Translations under genes and position numbers: made by a program
Notes under the pieces: generated by a model
What the model was told of the DNA's origin: nothing
Seen by the model: the letters and a program-made list of their open reading frames with translations, nothing else
Database searches by the model: none
IMG/VR virus record: IMGVR_UViG_3300013902_000267
DNA: 64,000 nucleotides
DNA from: a virus
Taxonomy: Duplodnaviria > Heunggongvirae > Uroviricota > Caudoviricetes
Reading direction: 5' to 3' (one strand)
Part shown: positions 9,602-20,642 of the stretch, piece by piece
How positions within the stretch are numbered: the first letter of the stretch is position 1
Layout of the letters: each line of letters opens with the position of its first letter

Positions 9602-9624
9602 ATGTATCTTTGTATTGTTAATAA
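9602..9624 (+). promoter_or_regulatory. conserved 23-nt promoter-like motif ATGTATCTTTGTATTGTTAATAA
   Basis: Near-identical copies lie upstream of at least four other genes in the window. It contains TATCTTTG, which matches the Bacteroidetes sigma-A -7 consensus TAnnTTTG. It sits 34 nt upstream of ATG 9658. Confidence 0.5.
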
Positions 9625-9657
9625 ACAAAAAGTATAAACAATTAAAAATATATAATT

Positions 9658-10149
9658 ATGGCAACAAATAAAAAGAATACAGTTAAGAAGTATATGCTTT
9701 CCCAAAATTTACCTTTTGGTAATTTAAAAGCAGGCATGATTTTCTCTTATGATACTATTACAAAAACTGCGGTATTTCCAAATGGACAAGAGATCTCACC
9801 ATTTGATGTAACAGATAAGAATTTCGTTAAGTCTGTCGCAGATGTAAAGTTTAATGTAGGTGATTGTGTCATTTATCATACACGATTGTATAAGATTACT
9901 GATATTAACTATGTAACAGGTCGTTGTAAGCTTTTAGAGTTTTACGCAAATAAAGAGGTTGATTTTGTAAGTCATTCTGTATTGACAGCAGCACAAGTTT
10001 ATTGGTTTGTTAATTCGTCTGGAACTGTTTCATCATCATATATTGGCAAACAACCAGATGCAGACTTATGGAGAGCAAAAACAAAGAACATGTTTAATAC
10101 CAAGGAGGAGTGTCAGAAGTATAAGAATATTGTTCTTAAAAGTAAATAA
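9658..10149 (+). CDS. hypothetical protein (163 aa)
   Basis: Uninterrupted ORF preceded by the conserved promoter motif and followed by a hairpin. Confidence 0.5.
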   Translation: MATNKKNTVKKYMLSQNLPFGNLKAGMIFSYDTITKTAVFPNGQEISPFDVTDKNFVKSVADVKFNVGDCVIYHTRLYKITDINYVTGRCKLLEFYANKEVDFVSHSVLTAAQVYWFVNSSGTVSSSYIGKQPDADLWRAKTKNMFNTKEECQKYKNIVLKSK

Positions 10150-10198
10150 AGAATATTTTTCAAATTTAAAATTTTAAATTAATATTTTATTTAACTCT

Positions 10199-10232
10199 TA
10201 AAGAGATTTGTAGTGATTACAAGTCTCTTTTT
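10199..10232 (+). terminator. terminator-like hairpin
   Basis: AGAGATTTGTA-gtgat-TACAAGTCTCT followed by TTTTTT. Confidence 0.5.
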
Positions 10233-10270
10233 TCTTTTTAATAAATATATAAAATATAAAAGAAGTATTA

Positions 10271-10863
10271 TGCCAACAATGATGCCATTAATGGATAAAG
10301 ATACCGTAAGATATATAACATAGAATATTACACCAGAAGAAACTAAATATGTAGCTGATATAAAATCTACTATTGATGATACAAAGTGTGAACCAGAGAA
10401 ATGTGATGATGTTATATATCTTACTAAGATTATCGCTTTTTATACTAAATTTACAAATCTTGCAAATACAACACCTAATAATCAATATAAGATGCATATT
10501 CAAGATTTTATGTGGAGATTACAGCAATATAAGGAAGATATATTTGAAGTTGTTCAATCTATCATAGGAGTTTTAAATGGTTCCGATATTACAAAGATTG
10601 AATTACCTATAAGTGATAATCCATTAGAGATTATAAATGAATTAAAACAATGTGTACAAAATTGGTTTACACTTCATACAGATGATATTGAATATGAAGG
10701 CGCTAGATCATTAACTAGTTCATTCCTTTCTGTAATTCATAAGTTTGTTTACCTTTTTAGATTAGATAAATGCTCGACTGCTGATTATGGTCAGGATTAG
10801 AAATTACCAAATCCTGATGCAGGATTATGTGGAGTAAACGGAGCATATGCAGTAAATTTTTAA
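10271..10863 (+). CDS. hypothetical protein with in-frame TAG codons; needs a -1 shift at a T-run (10438-10441) for continuity
   Basis: Frame from ATG 10271 reads MPTMMPLMDKDTVRYITQNIT... up to the T5 run. The -1 frame continues ...YTKFTNLANTTPNNQYKMHIQDF... through TAG 10798 to TAA 10861-10863. Confidence 0.35.
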
Positions 10864-10874
10864 TATGATATAAT

Positions 10875-11828
10875 ATGAATCCTATAAATCAACCATCATC
10901 TAGAAATTACAATATCAATGGTAGTACAAGAAATAATGGGTTCTTATATAAAATTATGCCTTTATCATTTAATTTACAATAGAGAGGAAATGATTTTAAA
11001 GTTAAAAAATACAATAAGTGTAAATTTAATATCGGCGATAATGTAAGAGGATTGTGTTTGGAAGATAAGAAAGAACATTCAGGACGAATTACTAATATCT
11101 TATACAGTACAAATACAGAAGTTCCTTATTTAGTTTATATCATTGATAATAAGACAAGATAGAAATTATCATTAAACTTTAGTTCGCTAGAATTTAATAA
11201 TTCTAAAATTGATGAGTCATATGGGTTTGATGTTGCCATTAAACTATATGAAACATTAAATAAAGATAAATATAATAAATTAAAACTTTAGAATAGAATG
11301 GTAAATTCAATAAAAGTTTTACTTGAAGAATATTTTAATAATACAGAACAAATGGATATGTTGTTAAATGATTATTAGAAACAACAGAAAAAAGCAAGTA
11401 AAGCATATGATTCACGTCAAGAGTTTTTAAAATCAATATTAGGTAAAGTAACATATAACAAATATCAAAATAAAGGTATGTTTGCTCCTATTCCTTTATC
11501 TGCATTGCATTTAACATTCGAAGATTTTTATTATTTGTTTCCAGAGAATAATATTAAGATGAGACCAATGGATAATGAAGCAGGTGTAGAGAAAGTAAAG
11601 AAACTTATTGCACGTATTAATAAGGAATATCCTAATAACGGTATTAGATTGTTAGATAATGGTGTTTCTTATACATTAAGTTCAAATCTTGTATTTAAGA
11701 GATTAGATAATATAATTGATTTTTTATAGATAATTCAGAAAAATGTTTTGAGGATTTCATCTGATAAAACAAATCCAACAGTTAATTGGAAGGCGATGAT
11801 AAAGAAATTCAGAAATTATCTACGATAA
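10875..11828 (+). CDS. hypothetical protein (317 aa), 5 in-frame TAG
   Basis: Single frame from ATG 10875 to TAA 11826-11828 with no TAA or TGA. It joins ORF-track fragment 11478..11729 to its upstream and downstream pieces. Confidence 0.55.
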
Positions 11829-11861
11829 TCAAATAAGTAAAATAAATTAATTAAAATAATA

Positions 11862-12365
11862 ATGATGATAACTACAAACATAAGTAACATTCCAGACGCA
11901 TGGGATGGTTATTTTGAACAATAGGTTAATAAGTTCACGCCTTCTGTTGAAGTTCCTAAGCCTTGGAGACATCCGGTTGGACCTGAACCTATGATGAAAC
12001 CTTGCAAGCATCATAAGACATAGTTTATTATAAAACATAAACCTGCTACATTACCAAATGGACCAGAACATGGATGTAACGTATGTGATCCATATCATCC
12101 AAATTTGTATGATCATATGAATATGCCTTGTTTTAATCAACATAAACCATATGGTATCGCTACTAATAGATTAATGAGTCCATTTGAAGATGATGATAGA
12201 CCTGATTGGCATGAATTCCATGCTAAGAATCGTAAACCTATGATGTTTGAAGAAGTTATAGATGAAAATGGTTGTTCACATGGTCCTCATGGAACAATTA
12301 ATGTTAGACCAGTTGAACCTGCTGATGATGAAGCAGATGAGATTGAAGATGAAGTAACAGTTTAA
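11862..12365 (+). CDS. Cys/His/Pro-rich small protein (167 aa), 2 in-frame TAG
   Basis: Continuous frame containing ORF 12105..12365. Acidic C-terminal tail. Motifs HGCNVCDPYHPN and CSHGPHG. Confidence 0.5.
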
Positions 12366-12461
12366 AATGAAAATTAATTAATGATAGAAATATAAATTAT
12401 GCAAACATCAAGTAAAGTTTCATACGATAATTGGAGTGATTGGAATTTAGGAAATTAGATA

Positions 12462-13166
12462 ATGAATATAAGACCTGTTGGTACATATTGCTTCTGTGAA
12501 CATCATCATTGTCACCATCATCATCCTTGTGATTGTGTAGATTGTGAATTCTCAGAATCATATATTAAACCAGAATCTTGTTGTCATCATCATCCGCATC
12601 CACCAGTACCATGTCCACCACATCATTGTGATTGTCATGATCCACATTTATTTCCAATTGATCAAGATAATGATGGATTTGTAGAAAGTGATATGATTCA
12701 TAAACATCCAGAACCATATATTCCAGAACCATTACCAGGAGAAATTGGAGATAAAGAAGATGATACAACAAATAGAATGGAAGTAGGTGACGAAGTTGAT
12801 GATATTGATGATTCAACAAATTATTATGGTTCAAATTTAGTTGTAAGTATTCCTAAAGAAATTCAACCAGTAGAAACATCAGATGAAATTGATTCTATTT
12901 TAGATGAAGATACACAAGATGATATGGTAACTACTGATGAAGATGGTTATCATACATTAAGTGATGAAGTTCCAGCAGAAGAAGATAATTGGGAAACATC
13001 AAAAATGATTGATACTAATACATCTAAAATTATTGAAGAAACACCAGTTCCTGAATAGGAATTAAAGGAAGTTGAAACTATTCCATCTGTAGAATCAGTA
13101 GAAGAGAAACCCACACGTGGACGTAGAAGAGTTAATCGTGGAGGAAGACGTAAAAAAGAAGAATAA
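12462..13166 (+). CDS. His/Cys-rich acidic protein (234 aa), reads through TAG 13056
   Basis: CHHHHPCDCVDC...CCHHHPHPPVPCPPHHCDCHDPH metal-binding-like clusters. The frame continues past TAG to TAA 13164-13166 and adds a basic RGRRRVNRGGRRKKEE tail. Confidence 0.55.
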
Positions 13167-13182
13167 TTTTTATTCTATATAT

Positions 13183-13225
13183 AATAGAAAAGAGACTTAG
13201 AACAAAAATACTAAGTCTCTTTTTA
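13183..13225. terminator. bidirectional terminator hairpin between convergent genes
   Basis: AGAGACTTAG-aacaaaaatac-TAAGTCTCT flanked by A/T runs on both sides. Confidence 0.5.
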
Positions 13226-13262
13226 TTTTTTATAAACATTCACATTTAATTTTACTATAAAA

Positions 13263-13889
13263 TTAAAGCATACATTCATCCCACCAGTCAGCGCGGAAAG
13301 TCATATCACAAGACATCAAATCTGTACTGTCATAATTAAGTGTAGGACCAGGTACACCTGTTGTAGGGAAAATGTAATAGAATACCCATTGCCAATATGG
13401 ATTACCAGCACGATCTTGCATAGTAATAGTCATTGATGGCGCCACGTAATCTTTCTTAAGGCCTTCACGACCTGTAAGAGGATCATAAATAAGGTCAACC
13501 CATTCACGAAGGAACTTATATGTGTAGTTCTCAGGTGAACCGTTATCATATGAAAGGTTAAGGTTAAAGTGTAATGTCAAGTCGACATTAGTTCTATCTG
13601 GTTTTGCACCAGCGAATGAACGTTGTGCAAATTTATACTTTTGCTCTGTTGCGTTAGCACCAAATGAAGTAGAAATCTGACCAACACTTTGTACACCTTC
13701 AAGAATAATATTCAAACGTTCATCATCTGTTGTATCAACCATACCTTGAGGACAACTTAATTGAACAGTAAACAAGTTCAAATATATAGGTTCCCATAAT
13801 GAGGTAGATACACGGCTATTTCTAAAATGTGATAATCCTAACAAACCTGGAGATTTCTTAGGTAAAGTAGGTCCATTTGTTACTGCCAT
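13263..13889 (-). CDS. hypothetical protein (208 aa), possible virion or tail-tube-like
   Basis: Uninterrupted ORF on the opposite strand inside the + late module. It is visibly GC-richer than its surroundings and has no TAG. Weak resemblance to phage tube proteins only. Confidence 0.4.
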   Translation of the reverse strand: MAVTNGPTLPKKSPGLLGLSHFRNSRVSTSLWEPIYLNLFTVQLSCPQGMVDTTDDERLNIILEGVQSVGQISTSFGANATEQKYKFAQRSFAGAKPDRTNVDLTLHFNLNLSYDNGSPENYTYKFLREWVDLIYDPLTGREGLKKDYVAPSMTITMQDRAGNPYWQWVFYYIFPTTGVPGPTLNYDSTDLMSCDMTFRADWWDECML

Positions 13890-14042
13890 ATTATTATTAA
13901 AGTATATTTTATTTTATTTATCTGTGAAAAATAGGTAGATTAAATGTAGACAAAAATATTTTTTTATAGTATAAATTAAGAATTTAAAAAAAATAGAGAT
14001 AAATAATTAAGTTCAAAAAATAAATTTTAAATAAAGAAGAAA

Positions 14043-14219
14043 ATGAAGAAGATTTTATTTGTACTTGCTGCTGTTGTAACAATGAGTTTCGCTTCTTGTG
14101 GTAACAAGACTACTACATGTGGAACAGCAAATGATTCAACTGCAACAGATACTACAGTTGTTGATTCTACAGCTACAGATTCAACTGCAGCTGATTCTAC
14201 AGTTTGTCCTATGTAATTC
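14043..14219 (+). CDS. small lipoprotein (58 aa)
   Basis: MKKILFVLAAVVTMSFASCGN has a signal peptide and lipobox Cys, then Thr/Asp/Ser repeats. The ORF-track call 14027..14221(-) is the antisense frame of this gene. Confidence 0.45.
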
Positions 14220-14389
14220 ATAAGACAAACTTTATTTTAGAGAAGATTATTGTGTAATTAAAATATAACCTAATATAAGGTTTATATTAAACTAATTTTA
14301 GAGATATACTAAATATATTCATTTATATTTGGTATATCTTTTTTTATTTAATAAATATTTAAAATTTATTTAACTGAATTATATAATAT

Positions 14390-15286
14390 ATGGCAACATG
14401 GAATCAAGCAGTTCAATAGATGGGTAAGTTTTATCAATAGAATATACATACATATCAAGGAGGTAAATCAGGACATGCGACAGGTGCTAGACGTTCTTAT
14501 TCATGTCCTTTAGTTGGACACAGTGTAGGAGATGATTGTTCAGGATTTACTTCTGCGTGTTTATAGTTATTTGGAGCATTTCCAGGCTCATATATTGTTT
14601 CATCTAGTGGTTTTGCATCAACATCTGGTGCAACAGCCGCATATTTAAGAAAAGCTGGATTTTCACCGTTAAGATATATTAGTTACTCATCTTTATAGCC
14701 ATATGATATTGTTGCAAGAAATGGACATGTTGAAGTATTTTGTGGTATGAAGGGAAGTTCACCAATGTCATACGCATGGGGAAATATTCATGATGGCATA
14801 AATGGACATGTTGGTATGCCATGTTGGTTTTCTAAACAGTCTTATTCTATTGTATGGAGAAATTCTGGTGTAAGTATAGATACACCATTAGATTTTTCTT
14901 CAGTGTCTGGCGGTTCATTACAACAATAGATGAATTCTGGATATGGTACAGGTGGAACATTAAATGGGTAGACAGGTTCATAGTTTAATTATACATCAAA
15001 TACATATCCTGTTCATGATGAATATGAAACTATTTCATCTGGTAATGGTTCAAAATCTGTATTTGAAATTGTAGGTGAAAATACATTACGTATGGCATAT
15101 ACAAATTCATCATATATACAACAATTAGATTCATCTAATTATTAGTTAAAAAATACTCGTATATATTCAACTAATGATGCATCTATAATATTAGATGAAT
15201 TATCAATACCATTAGATCCATTTGATACGAGTGTTAATACATTAGATTCAAGTGTTATTGATAATTCAGTTAAAACAAATAATTAA
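14390..15286 (+). CDS. NlpC/P60-family cell-wall peptidase (298 aa), about 9 in-frame TAG
   Basis: Continuous frame from ATG 14390 to TAA 15284-15286. It carries the catalytic Cys motif GDDCSGFTS (DCSGF) and the His motif NGHVEVF. Its C-terminal module is shared with the next gene. Confidence 0.6.
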
Positions 15287-15292
15287 TAATAT

Positions 15293-16333
15293 ATGGCTGG
15301 CAAGAAATTACTTAATGGTGTTTATATAACAAAGAAAATAATGGAAGCTTTTAATCTTAAAGATTATCAGGCTGCTGGATTTGCTGGTTGTTTTATGGAA
15401 GAATCTGGTTGTGATCCCGGTGCATATAATGCCGCTGAAAAATCTGGAAGATTTAAAGGTTCATCAGCGAACGGTGCAGGTTATGGTGCAGGTCTTGCAT
15501 AGTGGTCTAATGCATGGAAACGGTAGATATAGAGATAGTTTAATAATTCAAGGCCTATAGAAAATTGGACATTAGATTAGCAAATAGCTATTGTTACTAA
15601 AGGCTGTTCATAGTCTTTTGTAAATTTATTAAGAAAATGTACATCAGTAGGTTAGTCTACAGATATTGTTTTAAGAGGATATGAAAATGGTTCTGCAGGT
15701 AAAGGTACTAAATTACGTTCATAGCAATCAATGAAAGCATATACGTGGTGTAAGACATCATATATGGCAGATGGTAGTAGACGTACGTTTAGTGATGGAT
15801 ATATTGGTGCATTAACATGTAGAACATCATGGGCTAATGCAGTTTTAAGTAAAATGGGATCAGTTAATCTTGCAGATTTATCCGGATTAGGAACAGAAGT
15901 AGGTGGAGGATTAGGTGATGATGGCTCTTTTGGTTCTACTGGTGGAGGAGGAACTGGAGATTCAAACGCATATCCTGTTCATGATGAATATGAAACATTT
16001 ACTGGACAAGGTGGAAATATATTTGCAAATGCAAAAGATAATGCATTTCAATTAGCTGCTGATGCATCAAAATCTAAATTTTCATCTAAAGATTCTGAAG
16101 CATCTAAGCATACACGTATATATTCTACAAATGATTCTTGTATTGTTTTAGATGAATTAAGTATACCATATGATCCAAATGATCCAACTATTGAATATGC
16201 AAATCAAAATGTAAAAGCGGAAGATGTTAAGAAAGATACATCTACTAATGCAAAAGATAATACTAAAGACACATCTACAAATAAAAGTACAAATAAATCT
16301 AATACTACAAAAAAGACAACTAAATCTAAATAA
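15293..16333 (+). CDS. lysozyme-like (phage tail lysozyme-type) protein (346 aa), multiple in-frame TAG
   Basis: N-terminus AGFAGCFMEESGCDPGAYNAAEKSGRF...GYGAGLAQWS resembles the phage tail-lysozyme GNxxxESxxxP block. ORFs 15293..15502 and 15731..16333 are in the same frame and are joined only through TAG codons. Thr/Lys-rich tail. Confidence 0.5.
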
Positions 16334-16335
16334 TT

Positions 16336-19300
16336 ATGATTACAATAAATGGTATTAAATATTTAAAAAAAGGAGAGACATCAAATGATAAAACAATAAC
16401 GCATTATTATTATACAGATTCATTAAAGAAAACTTATAACATAATATATAATGGCAAAAATGCTAAATTATATACAGATACTAAAGTATACAAGGATTCT
16501 GATACAAATTAGATTATAAAGAAAGATTTCTTTAATTATACTATTGATTACGGAACAGGAAAATATGGAGGTGTTTGTTATTCAAAATCAGATGAAGATA
16601 AGATATTAGGTATGGTCGATTCTGATAGTAATATAGATGGAAGTTCTAATGGAGATTCTACAACTGATGGTGATAATAGTTCAAACTCTGGAAATAATTC
16701 TGATGATTCTGATAATAATGACGGTAATAGTTCAAATAATGGTAATGGAACAGGTGATGATACAAATGATTCTGATAGTAATGGATCTGGTAATAAAGAT
16801 ACTAATAATAAAGGTATATTTGAGGATTCAATGGGTAATAAAGATAAAGATAATCCTCGAAGTTCATTACCATTAGGAGCAGATATTAAAGATCCTGATG
16901 TTACAGGTTTTAGCATTGATGAAGTAACAGCGCCACATCCACGAGAAAACAATTGGTATAATAAAGGTTCTGTTTGTCCAATAATACGTATAAATGATCA
17001 TTATTTTTCTGATACTGAAATATAGCATTTTTCTATGGAAACTGGATATTATAAGAATTTTTATGATTATCAAGTATACCAAGCACCGTTAACAGGTGTT
17101 TTACCAACTATGAGGCTTATTGTTACAACAACAGATCCAGGTTTATTAAAGAAAGATTTTATAAAGCAAGGTGATAGATGTAATGTATTTTTCTAGAGTA
17201 ATCATTCTATGATTAAATCTATGAGATGTGATTTCAGAATTACTAATGTTGTAACAGATTAGTTAGATTAGACGTAGTATTAGAAATATCAAACATAGAT
17301 TATAACAGGTGAACTTTATGTCCCGGATTTAAGAAATGAAGAAACTCGTTATAATTTTAATGGTTCATCAAGAGATGCTATGATGGATTTGGCAAAGAGA
17401 TTAAGATTAAGTTTTTTCTTTTGTGATCCTGATGATACTAATGATAAAATGGTTTGGTGTAATTGTAAAACACCTGAAATGTTCATTCATGATTTAACAA
17501 CGCATGCATGGAAAAATTCTATATCATTCTTTGAATCTTGGATTGATCCACGTTATGGATTATCTTTTATGAATATTAATAGATTATTAGGTGAAGATGG
17601 ATTTGATGAATCAATAGATATGACATTCTGGACTAATACATTTATTAATAATAGATCAGTTGATGGAAAATCTGCAAATGAAACAGATACAGAATAGAAA
17701 AATAGTACACATATTCAAACAAAATGTTTTACTAATATTATTAATGATAATGAATCTGCTACAGTATATCATGTTAATAGTTGGAGATTGGTTAATAATG
17801 CATAGGAAATACAAGATTTTGTTGGATTGAATTGTAAAATGCAATATTCATCTGTTAATCCTGGATTATTATCAGATGAGAATAATAATCCAAATTATAG
17901 TGTAGAATTTTCATTATGTTTAAATAGAACTAAATTTGATCCAACTAAAAAGGATAATGATTTTTATGTATTATTAGGACCTGGTAGAAATATGACATAT
18001 GCGAGTGGCGATGCCGCCATGGGAACATCTGAAACACAATCTTCAAATAAAAATGAACCTGAACAAGTTACAAATCAAATGTCTGATGGTGATGCAGATG
18101 CAATGGATAGTACAGGAAATAATATGATGTCTTCTGGTAATACACATCAATTTTATGAAGTTGCTTATGAACATAATATGAGAAATTTACTATAGTTATA
18201 GAAATAGTATTTACTTGTAGAATTAAATGGTGCAAACTTAAGTATTGTTCGCGGTGAAAAAATGCCTATTGTATTAATGGATTTAAATAAAGCAGAACAA
18301 GCTATTAGAACTAGTCAAGCACGTACAAAAATAGAAGAATGTATGTATGAAGCTGAATCCGGTTGGTATATAATTGATGGTATTGAATGGGTTTTTGATC
18401 CTGATAATGATTAGGGACAAGGTACAAACTGGCGAACTAATGTGAAATTAGTTAGAAGAGAATGGCCAATACCATCAAAAATAAAAGATGCAAATGGTAA
18501 TACTGTTTCAAAAAATGTCGCAAATAGTATTGTTTTGGTAGATATTGGAAACGGACAATAGATAAGAATGGCTTATTATGATGCAGTAAAGAAATATAGT
18601 TAGGAAATAAAAAATGGTGATGTCAAAATATTAGGTGGAACAACATCTGAAGACGCAGTTGTAATTGGTCAGAAAAAACAAAACATATCTTCAACTAATG
18701 ATGAATAGAATTCAGATGATCTAGAAGAAAGTGGTAAATTATATACTGCAAATGGTGTAGAGACTGTAAGTGCAGTTAATTTTAATCTTGATTTAATGGA
18801 TCAATATGTAAAAGATTCTGATTATGTTGGTTAGTCTACAATACCTTTAACTGGTTTGAAAGATTTTATGAAAAATATTTATAAAACAATATTATCTGAA
18901 TCCGATAATAAATGTAAATTGGTATCTGGAAGACGGTGGGCAGTAGATGAATATGGTAATAAGGTAAATGGAAATGCGTTTGTAAAGAAATATGATTATT
19001 ATAAATGTATGAATGCTATAGGTGAAGTAATGTATTTTAAAAAAAATAATTCAAGTCATTTATATGGTGAAGCTATTGATATTATTAATAATGGTATAGA
19101 TTTTACTGAACTTATGACTAATGTAATAATGAAATCACCTGCGATATTAAAATTATTTTATGATAATGGTGTTTCTGCTTATATAGAGCAAGCAAAGGAT
19201 GATACAGGCGCAACTACTAAACATTACCATATTGGAACTGATACAATAAAACAACGAGAATTTTGGGAATCTGTTAAAGCTATATTAGGTTCTGATATGA

Positions 19301-19425
19301 TTCCAGGAACTATGATAACATTTATGAACTATATGACAAAAAATACATAGAGAACAACAGAATTCTCTGTAAGTAGTGAAATAGACGAAAACACATTACA
19401 AAAAAATAGTAATAATGATAAATGA
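16336..19425 (+). CDS. large tail-associated protein (about 1029 aa) with C-terminal M15 (VanY/L-Ala-D-Glu) peptidase; roughly 25 in-frame TAG
   Basis: ORF fragments 16612.., 17380.., 17827.. and 18856.. are all in the frame of ATG 16336. There is no TAA or TGA until TGA 19423-19425. The protein has a Ser/Asp/Asn/Gly low-complexity region. The C-terminus carries SSHLYGEAIDI (H-x6-D) and KHYHIG (H-x-H), the M15 zinc motifs. Confidence 0.6.
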
Positions 19426-19431
19426 AAATAA

Positions 19432-19461
19432 GGGAATAGATATTTGTAATCTATTCCCTTT
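19432..19461. terminator. bidirectional terminator hairpin
   Basis: GGGAATAGAT-atttgtaa-TCTATTCCC followed by TTTATT, between convergent genes. Confidence 0.55.
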
Positions 19462-19467
19462 ATTATA

Positions 19468-20433
19468 TTAAATATGTTTTCTTTTTAATATTTGAATAAA
19501 TTCATCTTCAGTTATTTGAGCACCTGCTGCACCTTCATGTCCTCCACCATGATAATATTCTTGAAGATATTTACCACAATGGAATTCATGTGTATCTGTA
19601 GGATTATACAATGAAATTGCCCACATACCATCAGGTAATCTCTTAAATACAATACCGTTTTTGATTTTATCTTTACATGTTTTAAATATCTGTGAATTTG
19701 TTGGTTTCTGAATAAACAAAGCACATGCAGATCGATTATCAAATCCTACAGTCCATGTAAAATCACCATATGAATTAATGAGGTTCTTATTGTTTCTATC
19801 AATAATCTCTGATTCTAACTTACCTAATTCTTTAAGTTTCCCTAGTTCACATGCTAATTCTTCTGGTTTTGCTTGATATATTATATAATATACATGATTA
19901 ATAATTTCACTTACATTTAAATCATATTTATTATTAACACCAATGTTTACATATCTACAAAAATCAAAATTAATATTCTCCGCATCATAACTCCAGCTAT
20001 CCCATGCAGACAATACTTTAAACAAATCCGGTATTCTTCCAATAAAATTATACAAATAGCTAAAAGCATTATATAATGCAGAATGATCGATTGTCCTTAA
20101 ACCCTGAATATCGTCAAAATGTAATTCTTTTGAACTATTAATCATAGGCGCATGATGGTCAAACCAATATAGTTTATCACCAAAATGTTTTTTCAGTTTA
20201 AGCATTGTTTCTGCTGTATCAAACGAAATATCTGATATATAAACATAATCATATACACCTATAATATCATTTTGAATATTTAAGTTCTCCATCCCATTAT
20301 AATCTTCACCTAATAGTGTGATCATATTTGGATGTATTCCTTTTTCAATTACAAGAAAATTATATATGATAGCCATCGAAAATAAACCATCATTATCTTC
20401 CTTGTGATATATAATTAAATATTTGTCATCCAT
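19468..20433 (-). CDS. DHH/DHHA1-family phosphoesterase (RecJ/NrnA-like)
   Basis: Motifs present: YHKEDNDG (DxD), WFDHHAP (DHH), GGGHEGAAGA (DHHA1 GGGH). Confidence 0.7.
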   Translation of the reverse strand: MDDKYLIIYHKEDNDGLFSMAIIYNFLVIEKGIHPNMITLLGEDYNGMENLNIQNDIIGVYDYVYISDISFDTAETMLKLKKHFGDKLYWFDHHAPMINSSKELHFDDIQGLRTIDHSALYNAFSYLYNFIGRIPDLFKVLSAWDSWSYDAENINFDFCRYVNIGVNNKYDLNVSEIINHVYYIIYQAKPEELACELGKLKELGKLESEIIDRNNKNLINSYGDFTWTVGFDNRSACALFIQKPTNSQIFKTCKDKIKNGIVFKRLPDGMWAISLYNPTDTHEFHCGKYLQEYYHGGGHEGAAGAQITEDEFIQILKRKHI

Positions 20434-20445
20434 TATATTATTAAT

Positions 20446-20631
20446 TTAATAATTAGTTTTCTGTTTCTCTAACATTTCTATTGCTTTTGCTTGTCTATCT
20501 ACTGTCTCTTGAAGTTGTTCACACTTATATTTGTAATAATGAGCTTCACCAGCTGCAATCAATATACAAACACATGTAAGTCCCAATATATAAATATCAA
20601 GCTTATTAAAAATCTTTTTTATTGTTTCCAT
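20446..20631 (-). CDS. small membrane protein (61 aa)
   Basis: One predicted TM segment. Confidence 0.4.
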   Translation of the reverse strand: METIKKIFNKLDIYILGLTCVCILIAAGEAHYYKYKCEQLQETVDRQAKAIEMLEKQKTNY

Positions 20632-20642
20632 TTAATATATAA

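Noticed and set aside
16612-16870. Repetitive Ser/Asp/Asn/Gly-coding stretch that could be mistaken for a tandem-repeat or CRISPR-like array.
   Set aside because: It is an in-frame low-complexity region of the 16336..19425 gene. There are no regularly spaced identical repeats or spacers. No CRISPR array was seen anywhere in the window.
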